A stretch of DNA of 62,186 nucleotides, the filler included, from Rhabdomonas costata (taxonomy: Eukaryota): assembly GCA_019059605.1 (NCBI GenBank). It is 32 parts of 32 records of this genome, joined end to end, with 100 filler letters (N's around TTAATTAATTAA, not from the genome) between each part and the next. Parts side by side here need not be neighbours in the genome. Positions count along the whole stretch, not along the records: positions 11,688 to 13,534 come from JAHMHO010008261.1; positions 13,635 to 15,481 come from JAHMHO010008262.1; positions 15,582 to 17,428 come from JAHMHO010008263.1; positions 17,529 to 19,375 come from JAHMHO010008264.1; positions 19,476 to 21,322 come from JAHMHO010008265.1; positions 21,423 to 23,269 come from JAHMHO010008266.1; positions 23,370 to 25,215 come from JAHMHO010008267.1; positions 25,316 to 27,161 come from JAHMHO010008268.1; 24 more parts are not named here. One strand, written 5' to 3'. Positions 12,589 to 25,432 of the stretch are shown piece by piece (the stretch's first letter is position 1; every line of letters begins with the position of its first letter). A program made the translations under genes and the position numbers. Under the pieces are notes generated by a model. That model saw nothing but the letters and a program-made list of their open reading frames with translations. It was not told the DNA's origin and ran no database searches.

Positions 12589-14573
12589 GTATCTGACCCG
12601 ACCCCTTCGTCTCTTTCTTCTCTGCCTTCTTTTCTCTTTCCTCTTTCCCCCTTCCCCTGCACCCATGTCTCAGACCGTTTCCTTCTCTCTTGGTTCCATG
12701 CCGTCCACCATGGTTGGGCAGACCTCGGGACAATACAGTTGTTGTTGCTGGCTCGTGCTGCGAGTTCCAATTCCGATTTGGATCGCGGATTGGCTCTTGT
12801 GTCTTTGGACAATATTCTCACTGAAATATGGAATTCTCCCTTTTCCCAGGTTCAGTATACTCACCCGCAGCCTGAAGGCGGAGAACGAGGCCCTCCACGC
12901 GCAGGTCCGGGCCAACCTGCCGTCCACCCTTTCCCCAGGTGTCCCTTGGGCGTTTGTTTTCCTATACGCTTGCTGACTCTTTCACCCTGAAGGTGCTCAA
13001 GTGCCCAAGTGATGTGTTGGTGCTGACAACTACTCATCTGAATATCCTTCCAGGTCAATCGTGGGGATGGGAAGGGGATGGGGGTTGAATGAGTGATGGT
13101 GGACTGCAGGGCTTTCCTGCACGAGTACGCTCTCTATGAGCTCTCAGTGAGGGTATGACGCACGGCGGAGATCAGTTCACGTAACCGCTTGAGAGGACCT
13201 TGTTGTTTGAGGGTTCTTGCGATTCTGGGATCAAGTGAACCTGGGTTCAGAGAGAAGCAGAGTATGGGACAATTTCTTGAGATCCTGCAGAGCTTGAGCT
13301 TTTTAGCCAGCTTTTTAGCCCAAGTCGACAGCGGGTACCAGGCGCCGGAGGCACATTTGCCACTCTGCCTGACGTGGTTCGCGGGGTCGGGGTAAATGTT
13401 CCTGGCAACCTTCCTACGCCTTTTCTGAAAGTTGGGGGTGGGGCTGCGGAAGTAGGTTCTGAGCCTGACGATGGTGGTGACTCTGGGGAGGAGGTGGAGG
13501 TCTTCTGTAGCGGCCGGGACTGGGACAAGGAGGGNNNNNNNNNNNNNNNNNNNNNNNNNNNNNNNNNNNNNNNNNNNNTTAATTAATTAANNNNNNNNNN
13601 NNNNNNNNNNNNNNNNNNNNNNNNNNNNNNNNNNGGGTTTTGGTACTTGTTTGTTGTTGTGCTGTCCCCCTTTGTTCACAGTTGGCTGGCTTTGTGTGGG
13701 TGCCTCTTGTCCCTCTGCGCTGCGAAAGGAAAGGAGGCAGAAATGAGCGCCTATGGTTTGAAGTCGGGTTAAGGGTTCCCGACTCAAATTGATGTTTAAG
13801 CGGGTTTTTAATGCTGGGGTTTGGCAAATGGATTCGACCCCTCTAAGTCAAGTGTTGCCCGCGTGAAGAATTAGCGAAAAATTAGCACCGACAAAATCAT
13901 TGTTGGTGAGTTAAGGTGGTTTTGAATGGTAAAAGCTCTAGAATTGTAAGTCCTGCCAGCTTTGTTGCTGCTTGCATGCTTGGAAACCCCATTTCCAGCC
14001 CTTTCCACGATACACATGTTTTCTGAATGTAAGGATGACTTTTGCCGTTTATTTTGCCTGTAAACCTTGACACCAGCCCTCGGCACCGGCATCACGTTCT
14101 GAAAAGCGCTCCAGTCAGGGAATGCACAAGTTACCCGTTTTCGTTTTGATAAATGTGACGGAATTAAAAGAAGAAATGAAACGCTACTCAATGCCGGTTT
14201 GACGGGTTGACAGCAAGGGTGACTTGACCTGGCGCTTTTCATGTATGTGAGGTGATTGCATTACTGCGTGATTTTGCGCGCTCAGTGCGTCCCTGGGGAG
14301 TACGTTTTGCCCGCATCCATCGCACTGTGAAGGGACGCGGGTGTGGAATTCTGCACAAGTTCAGAAAACACGGGAAGGTTATAAGTTCTCAATTTAGGGT
14401 TCATGGTGTAGTGGTTTCTTTCTCTGTGTGGGAAGAGGGCTTCTGGAATCGAATGTCCTGAGAAGGCGTTTATGCCCTCGTGCTATCGACTGCGAAAGCG
14501 TTCTTGTTCTGTGTTCTGCTGCTCGCTCCTCTTTTTCTGTGCCTCTCCAAACCAAATCATTGCCCTTTCCACG

Positions 14574-15337
14574 ATGGCGAAGAAGAGCAAAGCACCCTCT
14601 GCCTCTGGTGTACTGGAGACCCCGTCTGTGCATCTCCTCGTGTCTTTGTGCATATTGGCCGTGGTGCCACTGGACAAGAAGAGGCAACCAAGCCCCTGAC
14701 TGTGGTTTGCGGTCACTGCTCGTAGTCGGAGTTAAAAGTCAGCGTGTGAAAAGAGAAATCTGGCAATTAGAGCAGCGTTCCAAAACCCTCAGTCCGATGA
14801 AGTGTGAATGAGTCGCCTTGAATTTGGAGCTCGGACTGATTTAAGGATGGAAGCCGCGATAACGATTAATGAACAACTGCTGGCCTGGTCTGTTGCTGTT
14901 TTTGTATGCTCGTCTGGAATTGGAAGGAGCCAGATCTGGCTCTCCAATGCGTGTGCATTCTCCTGTACTGTGAGAGGTTTCTGGCTGTTTTGTATTGTTG
15001 CGCCCCCTTTTCTGTGCCTCAGATGTCAAGAAGGAGGACGTGAAGCCCAAGGGTTTGTGAGTGGATGTGCTTTTTGGCAGCTGGACTTTCTGCCCTTCAG
15101 TTTTTCATTCTACACAATACTGCCCGGAGACATGTTTTCCATGAGATTTTCGGAAAGGGGCTCCCGTCCGCCTGATTCCTATTTTCCCGTTTTGGGATAT
15201 GACGCAGATTATGTCGCCAGATCCTAGGCATTTCCTCCCCTGCCACGGACCCACCCATAGTTCCGTCCTCACCTCTCCGCGACGTTTCCCGCCCCACTCA
15301 GAGGCTGAGAAGAAGCCGAGCAAGAAGGCGCAGCCGG
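14574..15337 (+). CDS. N-terminus of a Lys-rich protein built from very short exons
   Basis: Exons 14574-14607, 15023-15052, 15302-15337, all followed by phase-1 GT donors; the second and third have pyrimidine tract plus CAG acceptors; they give MAKKSKAPSASDVKKEDVKPKEAEKKPSKKAQP. Confidence 0.65.
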
Positions 15338-17122
15338 GTGTGAATTGTTTTGTATTTTCGTTAATATTGCCTGACAACATCTTTGATGTGCGTGATTCCT
15401 TGTGTTTGAGTGGATGCAAGTCCATCCTAGACTCGGTCACTAAACTTTCTTTTCTTTTCTTTTCTTCTGTTTTCTTCCCTTNNNNNNNNNNNNNNNNNNN
15501 NNNNNNNNNNNNNNNNNNNNNNNNNTTAATTAATTAANNNNNNNNNNNNNNNNNNNNNNNNNNNNNNNNNNNNNNNNNNNNGTGTTGTGTGAAGGCAACG
15601 AGTTATGTAGTTGCAATGCTTGACGCTTAAGGGATAAATCGAGCTGCAACATCACAGAGACATCAAGAGAGAGAAGGTGTGTGTGTGTGTGTGTGAACCT
15701 CCAGCTCTCGCTGCCGCAGAAGAAGCACTTGGTGCATCTCTAGGGATCCCTGCGTGAGAAGGTGAAAAGGGGAGGAAGTATCCAAGGAAGCTCGGCACAA
15801 ACGAAACACCTCGCTAACCAGAAACACGAGCGAATGCCACAGGAGATCCTTTTGGTCTGGGGTCTGGAGCTGAGAGGATTTTGCCAAGCTGGCTTGGGCG
15901 GAACGGATTTTGGCGGTCTGGGGTGCAGGGAAACTATAGGACCCCCACACAAGCGCTATGAGGTTGTACCATCATTCAAAACGGTGCCCTAACCCCAAAA
16001 TTGTGGGCAACCACGTGGTAGTGAGAGTGGAGCGGTCCAACGACTGGTAGGAGGGTTGGGAGGCATAAAAAACGCACCTCGCCGCCAACACGGGTGCTGG
16101 GGAAGCTCAGGCTGTCACCGAACCGGGCAGGCCCCTCTGAAGAAAGCAAATGAAGAACACTCGTGCACATTCCTCCAGGCATCCACAGCTGCGTCAATGC
16201 AAAAAGTGGGGCTTAAGACGACAAAGGAAACGGCTGCGCTCCAGGCATGTCAATGCCGCCAATGAGGCTGGAAATGGACATCAAAGTGCTCTTTTGAGTG
16301 ATACGGACAGGGCGCGTCACACGCCGAACAAAAATAACGTTGACTGAATGATGAACGATGAAACACAGGAGATCCGTCCGAGCACCAACAGAAACTGATC
16401 AACCATAACATCTCAACACTACTTCACAGCGTGGATCTGTCCACACAAATAACAGCAAGAGCGTCCCAACCTGCGCCAGGCCAGGACATTCTCCACAACT
16501 GCTCCACAGTGAGAGGAGGTAAGGGTGGGATGCGGGAGGGATGCGAACAACCCTCACGACTCTCACACAGAAGCAATAAATAGCTCTGCAAGAACAGATA
16601 AGCCCCCCCAAAAAAAATCACTAATCTTTGCACCCAGAAGATTACCAATACAGGCTTATATAAACGGGATGCGGCTGCAGTTCTACAGGAGCGCCAATTG
16701 CTCCGTTGAAAAAGGTCGGACTTCAAAAGGATCATTTCATCAAAACTGCCACTGGAATTGGTTCGGTCGATTCGAATTTGACTTCAACCCTCCCGACCAC
16801 ATCAAACACTCACACCTTGTAAGATCTCGCTTCCCTTTCCAGTTGCAACGGATGCACCTGGTGAAAGCCCTCCCCTCACTTCCCTCTCTTCATTCACTTC
16901 ACGATATAGCTTCACAATCAAACCCAGATTAACTAACCATGTTCGTCCTCTGATGTGAGAGGACGGACACAACCGAACAAGCTCAGCCCACGCTTGCGAT
17001 TCGTCCCGGCAAAAACTGACCCCCGAGCAGCTCGCCGCACCGCTCCCAGCTACAGTTTGCCAGCTCCGGTTTGCGGGATGCCCCTGCGTTATCTGGCGGG
17101 GTGTCACAGAGCATAAAGTTGG

Positions 17123-17295
17123 TCACTCGTCCACGGAGTAGCCTTCCCCGCCTCCCCCCCGAGGAGGTCTGGGGAGCACCCCAACCAGGCTGAGCACCAG
17201 GTGCAGCCCAGTGCCCATGAGGTACCCCGGGAACTCCGCAGTGAACAGCTGCAGCAGAACCCACACGCAGGCCAGCACGCCAGTTCCGCTTAGGG
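17123..17295 (-). CDS. Probable last exon of an unidentified membrane protein
   Basis: TAG acceptor, GC3-rich hydrophobic frame LSGTGVLACVWVLLQLFTAEFPGYLMGTGLHLVLSLVGVLPRPPRGGGGEGYSVDE ending in a stop. Confidence 0.45.
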
Positions 17296-17643
17296 CTACG
17301 GACAATACTCTGCGAATCCCCCCAGAAAAACATACAAAAAGTGGCCGTAGAAGGAGTGCGTAGTGGAAAGCAGACCTTCAACGGTATCAGCTTATCGGAG
17401 GGGATGCTGGAGGGGAAGCCAACAAAACNNNNNNNNNNNNNNNNNNNNNNNNNNNNNNNNNNNNNNNNNNNNTTAATTAATTAANNNNNNNNNNNNNNNN
17501 NNNNNNNNNNNNNNNNNNNNNNNNNNNNTGGGTGTACGACCAAATATCGAAAATTGTGGTGCCGTGTTTTCTTTTCACTGCATGCTTTTCGTTTAACAAC
17601 GTTTTGACGGGATCCTCGGAGTGGTTGTGCACGGTACGCACAG

Positions 17644-18783
17644 GAGCGGACCCTAGTCAGACCCGTCGAGACTATGCCAGCCCCCCGCTGTTCATTGCCA
17701 GCCAGAACGGCCACACGCAAGTCGTCGAGCTACTTCTCCGCTGCGGTGTGCACCCATTACTATGTGTTCGTATGTATCTGTGTGCGATGAAGAATGCCCC
17801 GTGCTTGTTTGGATGTGGTGTAAGTGAACATGTCAAGTATGGGGGGTGTCAAGGTGTGCACCAATTTGTATAATGCGGTTGCGCTTGTGCGACACTGCTT
17901 CTTCCAAGTGCGATGAACCAAAGGAGGATGGAAATTCCTGGTCTTCGCCGTTGAACGAGACTCCAATCAATCATTCCCGCCGAGGGAATTTATTTCTCCA
18001 ATCTGAGGCACCTGCTGGCCCCCATGTTCCACAGGGGAAGACCTGGTTTGGGGTGGTTCCATAGCTGCCTTCAGCCTACCGCCTAAGCGAGACCAGCGTG
18101 GTAGACCATGAATATGGAATCGAGCCTGATTTCGGCGCCTGACAACATCCCGTTCCGGGGATCACCCTTTCTCACCCAACTCTGTCTACGTGTGTGTGTG
18201 TGTGTGTGCGTGTGTGCTTTGGAATCGGCTGGAATTAAGGCTCCGCTCGAGAGACTCTGCTGCTCGCTATTGCCGCGATTGCAGCTTTTGCAAACGTCGT
18301 TGCGTGCAACTTTTTGTTTTTGTCGGGGGGTCTCTGGCTCTGGCCCCAGCATCAAATAGATTTTACAAGGAGCACAACGAAGAACCTCAGGTGAAATGCA
18401 ACAGAAACGGATTGAAACTGGAAAAGGGGCGTGAGCGGGTACGAAGGAGGAAGGAGAGGGAATAGGGAGAGGGGAGAGGGTGGCTTGGAAAGTCGAAAAG
18501 AGTCACGCTGTTTCGATGAATTACGGTGTGGTTGGATGCAATGCAGAACGGAGCCCAAGCCTTCTGCCCGACACCGGAGTGGGCCGGAAGGCTCCTCGAA
18601 GTTTCAAGCCTAGCCGAGCTTTTCCCGCTGAACTGAATGGTGCCTCACTCCAGCTCAAAAATAAATCAGGGGCGAACCCCAACTTGGGCAAGGACAAGCG
18701 CGGTCTCAGTGGTGGGGCCCTTCCTCTGTGGAATGCTGCCGGAGAGGGCCACGTCCGCGTTTGCGAGCTGCTGCTCCGCGCCG
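17644..18783 (+). CDS. Ankyrin-repeat protein, two exons each encoding one repeat
   Basis: Exons 17644-17745 (GADPSQTRRDYASPPLFIASQNGHTQVVELLLRCG) and 18670-18783 (GANPNLGKDKRGLSGGALPLWNAAGEGHVRVCELLLRAG), both CAG..GTGTG bounded, phase 1. Confidence 0.92.
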
Positions 18784-20117
18784 GTGTGCTTTTTTGCATC
18801 TTCACCGTTTGCTCTCTGTCGCATTTCCGTTCTCGTGCATGCAGAAAAAGGTGATATTTGGGGATGTTGGGTCGTCGGATTGGATGAATTCCCTTTGTCA
18901 CCATCAGCTGGGTTTTTATGGGTTGAGTCGTAAGTGCATTACACCGTAAACTCAGAACTGCAGCACAACATATTATTGGGTTCAAACCCGATTTTTAAGC
19001 ACTCCTCTCCACAGGAAACCGGTCGCAGAGTCTTCAAGTCGCTTCAAAAACCAACAAAAACACGGAACCAATCCAAAAAAAATGCGCCTTCGGTGCATAA
19101 TCACTTAGCAGTGCTCCGTGTCTCACCGATTTTTCAGATCGCACTCCTGAAAACCTTTGTGTCTCATTTGTTGCCCTGTACCCTGACAGTGGCAGTTAAA
19201 TGGGGTAAATAGACTGAATGGAAAATCGTCACATACCATTTCCTGGGTGTCTCTTGGTTTCTGAGTTTCTGATGTCACTTACCTTTGATAGGACCATTGT
19301 TTAGGACCTGGGGCGGGATAAAATGGGCATAGCGTGACATATGCGCATTTTATCCCGCCCCAGGTCCAAAACAAANNNNNNNNNNNNNNNNNNNNNNNNN
19401 NNNNNNNNNNNNNNNNNNNTTAATTAATTAANNNNNNNNNNNNNNNNNNNNNNNNNNNNNNNNNNNNNNNNNNNNGGGGGTGTGACCGTGACCGAATATG
19501 AAGCTTGGGTTGACCCTGCGATGATGAAACAAAGTCTTTGACTACTGGTGAGGAAGCCGAAACCTATGCTGAGTCGTGTCACCAAGGGACATATGACCTA
19601 TACTGGCGTGCCCGAGTTGTTAGAGTAAATTGATGTCTTTTAAAGAATGGCTAGCTTCACTGGAGCCTGAACGAAAACAAACCACTGGGGAGGATATCGC
19701 TGATTCGATTGGTTGCTTGTTATTATGGCACTAGTCTGTGTGGTGTTTTAATGAGTCACCTTGACGAGCTGAAGAAACAAGCCATGAAAGTGGTTGGGTA
19801 TACCGATGGTGGTGACGAGTGACATGACGTCATAGTGATTGTTGGCGTTGATGACATTGATTATGGAATGAAACACTTTGGAGTTGATAATGATTGAAAA
19901 GACCTTCTTCCTATACCTACCTAGACTATAGCGCATACAAATCAGTTTGTTACTCGTGCGGCTTCATCGGGGGTTCATAGTTGACATCACAACAGGTTGT
20001 CATCAGAGAATGAATGTCATGACATTACACAAAAGTGCATCACATGAACATCTGGACATCAGAGAACAAGCACAGATACAGAAAGGTGGCTCGAGATGAA
20101 GGTGGAATAACACACAC

Positions 20118-20243
20118 CTTTGCAGGGTTTCGGTAGTCCGTGGCGTAGAGGTACAGCAGGGGCAAGCCAATCGCGTAGTCGGCAATGCAGGGCTGGGCGC
20201 CGCCAATGAAAGGCGTCTCCCGGAGGAAGAAGTCCGACAAGAC
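20118..20243 (-). CDS. Glutathione S-transferase C-terminal domain exon (theta-like)
   Basis: CAG/GTGTG-bounded 126-nt exon VLSDFFLRETPFIGGAQPCIADYAIGLPLLYLYATDYRNPAK; FLxxxPFIGGxxPxIAD is the GST N-capping box motif. Confidence 0.8.
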
Positions 20244-21886
20244 CTGGGGACCGCCATGTTGTAAAAGGAGAAGGCAGCGCTGGGTCCCTCTCTCTCACTC
20301 TCTCACTTTCTCTCTGCAAAGGTTGTTTGACTTCTGTTGCGCCGAACGGAGACAGCAGCACTAGCTGCTTAACGCCAAAATTGGCGATGCGCTCCACAGC
20401 TTGATGAGTGCCTTTCTTTAGCGCAGGATCCCCTCCAGAGGCCCCACCGAGGGTGAGAAGCTCACGGGGGAAGTGAAGAGGTTAGAAGTTAGAAGGCACT
20501 GCACCTCGAAGGAGAGTTGCCTGCAGGATGTCTTGTGCGTTGGGCTCTGTGAACCACTATTGCTGCGAGAACTGCACTTATACTCGTTTTCGTGGTTTCG
20601 TGTGCAGTTCGCTTTCCCCCTTGTTCCTCCCTCAACTTGAATTAACAGTTTTCCCCCACGGATGCACACAGCGAAAGCGGTAGCTACAGGTTCATCCGTT
20701 TCGCAAAACAATAAAAATGAAGCATATTGACACACCCCAGGACGAAGTAAGCAAGAGTAGCAGCGGCACATAGCAGAGGGTCGTGGCAGCATTTTCCGGT
20801 TTGCAGTATGGGAGCGGTGGCTCCAGGGCTACCGCATCCATCACAGACATTGCATTTAAATTGTTGAAGAAAAGGGTGTTGAAGAAAAGAGAACGTAGAG
20901 ATTTTGTATTGTATTATAAAGGTACCACAAACAATTTCCTGCAACTGGGTTGTTTGTTCCCGCCGAAGTCAAACTGTATCTGCGGTGCCGCAGCAGTACG
21001 GCTGCAAGGTATGCAGATGTCAAACAGTCTCATCCCTTCGCCAACGGTTCGATTTTGAACTGTGTTAGCCGCCCAAAGCTTGCTTTTGCTTTGCTTTGCT
21101 TTGCTTCTATCTGCTTTTCCATTGAGATTAGGCCACCGCTCGGGATAGGGGTTCCACGCTTCGTGCAGAAGGCATGATTTTGCTGGAGGTCTTTTCTGCC
21201 TCCAGGAAACTCTCTCCCGACTAAGAATCACCCCTATTCTGCTGAGCGGAGGTTCTCGTGAAACTTCAATGGTGCCTTAAACCGCGGTTCTAAGTAGGAT
21301 AGGGCTTCCGCGCACCAAAACCNNNNNNNNNNNNNNNNNNNNNNNNNNNNNNNNNNNNNNNNNNNNTTAATTAATTAANNNNNNNNNNNNNNNNNNNNNN
21401 NNNNNNNNNNNNNNNNNNNNNNACGCCTGATTTAGTGCACACTTTTGTAAGTTGTGACTTTTTGGGGTGACGCGGACAATATCTGGCATATCTGGCAGAC
21501 ACATATGATCTCGCAGCACAGCCCAGGTGAAAGGCAGACGTCATTCATTTTTGGATGTGGGCAGCAGGACAAAACCCCCCAAGACATCCGGTAATTCAGG
21601 AACGAGTGCATTTCAAAGTTGCGTGTTCAGGGGAAAGTGAGTGGGGGAGTGGCAATTAGCGCCTTTGTGTTTGTTTTGCAAACGGCTCAGGGCTCCATTC
21701 GATTCCCTTAGGGTTTGCTTTAGTTGGAAAGGAGCAAGAAAGAAACGAGAGAAAGACTGCACTTGTGCATTTACCAACAAAATTACCTATTCCCGGGAAG
21801 CAGGGTGCCCAAAGAGGAGCTGGCCATGTGCCGGAACCTTTCTTTCCATGCCTATCTGTAGGCGTGGGCGTGTGGATCGCACTCAC

Positions 21887-22899
21887 CGTGAGGTTGGAGC
21901 TTAGAGTGACTGACCGCAGCCCATCAATGATGGGCGCGGGCAGAGGGAAGGTCAGCACGCCGTAGCTGTTCACCAGCCGGGCGAAAGTCGCGCCTTGGGT
22001 GACCACGTTGAGCAGGGGGACATATGAGAGGGCAAAGGGGATGTCCGCTGTGGCCTGCGGGAAGACAGAAGGCTATCTACTCCCCGCCGATCCCTTCATT
22101 GGCAGAGGAGGCCTTCCACACCTGACCGCCGTCTGCACTAGCTGGGAATTTGCGCTCTTTGATGCGCCGTGAATGCTCACATTAAACCTCCCAAAAATCT
22201 CCTATATATGGCGATCTTGTTTACGATGGGCTACTATATCGGTGTGGGTTGCTCTCCTAACGTGAACTACTGTAAGATGCGTACAACATGCCAGAAAGTA
22301 GGAAAGATTTCGGCCACATCTCTGATCTAAAATGGTCTTTTTATAGGGCAGCGTTGCTGGTTAGGGGTTGGGATCTCGGCAGTCTGTTTGACAACCCCCA
22401 AGGGGTTCCGGCCGGAACTTGAAAGCGCCGTTGTCGCAAAAAGCAATTAAAGGGATGATCTACACCAACACGGGCAACCTCAGCGAGCGAGGTAGAACGA
22501 AATAACCCCTCACCACACAGTCAAAACTCACTTGCAAAAAAAGGATGATGATGCGCAGCAATGAATCCACTTTCCCTTGCGAAGGATCATATGTGGTGGG
22601 TTGAGGGGTGGCGGGAGGGATTCACTGGCCCCATTAGTAAGGCCTTGCCACACTTTTTGATGTGCCGGTTGACAAGAGCAGCTCCTTTTAAAAGCAGAGA
22701 TATATTCGAGTATGTATCTGTGTGGGAATTCGAGGGTCATTTGCACAGACCACACCGTGCCGCTCTGGTCTGTGTAAACGATGTTTGCAGAGGAGCGTGC
22801 GAAGCCCGAGCTGTTTGAAAAAGCCCCGAACTTCGCCTTCCAGGTCGCATTGAAGGAACAAAGTGCCGCAGTGAAAACCAGGGTGGAGCTCGAAAACCC
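21887..22899 (-). CDS. Unidentified Ser/Thr-rich, possibly extracellular protein, two exons
   Basis: Exons 22899-22756 and 22054-21887, CAG..GT bounded, phase 0, open and with several NxS/T sequons; no family recognised. Confidence 0.45.
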
Positions 22900-23370
22900 C
22901 TGTGTGGGAAAGATGGGATTCTTTTTCGAGTACAATACTTAGAGAAGGTTACAAAAGCATAAGGGCAAACTTGGAATCGGACGGTAAATGCTCTTTCTAT
23001 AAATTCTTTCGCCAAATTGATTTTCACGAAAATTCATATTCGCGCAAGTTCCCCCTTTGCACAAAAAAGACTTAATGTTTAGTTTCTTGTAACTTGTCGA
23101 CACAGTTGGGTATGCAGCCCAGGGGTTTGAGTCCAGCAGGTTCGCTTGAGCAGGTATTCTACTTTAGTCTGAAACGAACCCATGACTCATTAAAAACTCA
23201 TTAACGTGCAGTGCAGGAACGGAAGAGAATAAAACGCTTCTCAAACAGTAACTTATGCTCCACCAACCCNNNNNNNNNNNNNNNNNNNNNNNNNNNNNNN
23301 NNNNNNNNNNNNNTTAATTAATTAANNNNNNNNNNNNNNNNNNNNNNNNNNNNNNNNNNNNNNNNNNNNG

Positions 23371-23558
23371 TGTGGTGGGCTGAATGACATACTGAATTCG
23401 CGGGAGGCACTGTCACAAAGATTTCAGAATGATGCGCAACGAACGCAGAGCAGGTATATCTTAGAGCTGTGGTGGGCTGAATGACATACTGAATTCGCGG
23501 GAGGCACTGTCACAAAGATTTCAGAATGATGCGCAACGAACGCAGAGCAGGTATATCT
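23371..23558. repeat. Tandem duplication, 97-bp period, about two copies
   Basis: TGTGGTGGGCTGAATGACATACTG...GCAGGTATATCT at 23371 and again, identical, at 23468. Confidence 0.95.
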
Positions 23559-24079
23559 CGCAAAAAAAGAAACAGCATGAAGTTGAGAGAAGCAGAAGAA
23601 GGGAAGCGGGGCACCGTCGTGGGAAAGCAAAAGACACCTTTGCTATTCCATCTCGATTTCTTTCCGGCCTCCCCTTCTCACGAAAGTGTGCCTGCCCACC
23701 ACTTCCATTTTTGTGGACCAAGGGACTCACCAAAAAGGAATCTGGGGAGGCAGAACGCGAATTTCTGAGGGATGGGAGTGGGGGTGCGCGCGTGTGCGCC
23801 CTCGCAGACACAAACACAGCACGAGCCCAGAGTTCACGCAAACACACGGCTTTACAAAGGATCGTAGAAAGGCAGCTCAGAAGATGTCAAACTGAGGGGA
23901 GAATTCAGGTTTTGACATTCCCTGGATACGCCACAGCTGCGAGGTGGGCTTCACAAAGGAAAGCCCCACCCAACCACAATGCAGTCATCAGAAAGCCCCG
24001 CTGACACGGTCCCATCGGTGCCCGGTGCCCCAACCGCAGAGGGGGGGCGGTGTGGCACAGCGGCTTGGGAAGGCCTTCC

Positions 24080-25102
24080 TCACTTCTTGTCCTTGCTAAA
24101 CTTCTCGAGGTAGGCCTCGCCCATCATGTTGGCGACTAGGCCCTTGAGCGGCGCGACCTCCTCGCCGTCGATGAGGTCGAAGTCGTAGCAGAAGAGGTAG
24201 AAGTGCTTGAACGCGGTGTTCAGGTGGGTCTCCTCGCCAAGCTGCCGGATCATCGTGAAGTGGCTGTAGTAGATGTGCGCGTAGACCCGGAACAGCCTCC
24301 GGAAGATGTTCTTCACCGTGACCTGAAAGGAGAAGAACAGGCTCCCCTAAAACAAGGGTGCAGGAGTGGTATGTTTTCTCGCAAAGGTCAGCACGCTTTG
24401 GGATATGACCCAGAAGGAAACTCTCGTTACCGCGATTACAGGGAAGGAGGGCGTATTCTCAGCTTCGTAAGTGACCCTCCACGGGCGCTCTAGTTGTATT
24501 GCACACGCCACCTTGCAAGGAAGAGGTTTTCAGACCTACTCTAAATGAGGCGATACTTTGCAGTAAAAGTCTCCTGTGGAATTACTGTTGCATTGTTGTA
24601 TCCGAATAGCATGGTTGTTAGTCGTTGGGAACATGTCTCTTCTCTTGCTCTCCAGGCGAGCCACGGGCGTGGTACAGACAAGCGGGTGTTGCATGTGACA
24701 GCCGCAGTCTACCAAATCGGGAAACCCCATGTTGAACGTACAGAGGGGTATTGTTTTTTTTGGGACTCCTCGGCCCAAGCAGTTTCGCTAATCCAGAGCG
24801 CCGCGAATCGATCAACTCGTAAAAGCCAATGATGGGCACACTTCCGGCGGAGTGGCCGACCCTGTCTCGAAAGGTAGCACCCGGAAAGGCACCACCCACA
24901 TCGGGCGCCCGATGTGAGATTGCAGAACGCGGAGCGTTTCGCTCACGTTCGTGCGCGTAACAAAAAGCAGCAGGTCACGGGGGGGGGGTACCAAGAAGTC
25001 CTTCGGGAAAGGAGCGTCGTCCTCCGTGGGGAACTGAGACTCATCGTTGATGAGCGTCTCGATCCAGTTCATTAGGAGCTCGATGTACTGCGGCGCAGAC
25101 AC
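24080..25102 (-). CDS. MOB1: MOB kinase activator (Mob1/phocein family), last two exons
   Basis: Exons 25102-24992 and 24322-24080: [59 protein letters not shown]...[34 protein letters not shown]...KDKK*; diagnostic [10 protein letters not shown] and HLNTxFKHF. Confidence 0.96.
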
Positions 25103-25359
25103 CTTCGAGGAGAGGGAAGTTGGACGCAGAACTTCATCCAGCTTCATCATACAAACTGGCATCTTCCTTGAAGGAATGGAAACACCGGAAAATTCTCAAA
25201 ATTAAAAAACAACACNNNNNNNNNNNNNNNNNNNNNNNNNNNNNNNNNNNNNNNNNNNNTTAATTAATTAANNNNNNNNNNNNNNNNNNNNNNNNNNNNN
25301 NNNNNNNNNNNNNNNAAATCACACCTCCCAGCTGGGGGTGGTGGTGGGTTAAATTGCCT

Positions 25360-25432
25360 TAGACTTGGGTTCAGCGTGCCGTTTTTTCGAGGTTGAAGAC
25401 CGAGAAAAAAGGGGACGCTGAACCCAAGTCTA
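25360..25432. mobile_element. MITE-like hairpin element bounded by TA
   Basis: Perfect 18-bp inverted repeat TAGACTTGGGTTCAGCGT / ACGCTGAACCCAAGTCTA with imperfect inward extension; complementarity stops abruptly outside the TA dinucleotides. Confidence 0.55.

Noticed and set aside
16714-16740. GTCGGACTTCAAAAGGATCATTTC resembling U3 snoRNA boxes A'/A
   Set aside because: No box C', B, C or D at suitable distances downstream.
19521-19572. Box C/D snoRNA candidate (ATGATGA...CTGA) with TGACTACTGG complementary to the SSU rRNA 5' region
   Set aside because: Weak terminal stem, no convincing D'/C' boxes, and it lies within what reads as a decayed ORF; a 10-nt match can arise by chance. Not excluded, but unsupported.
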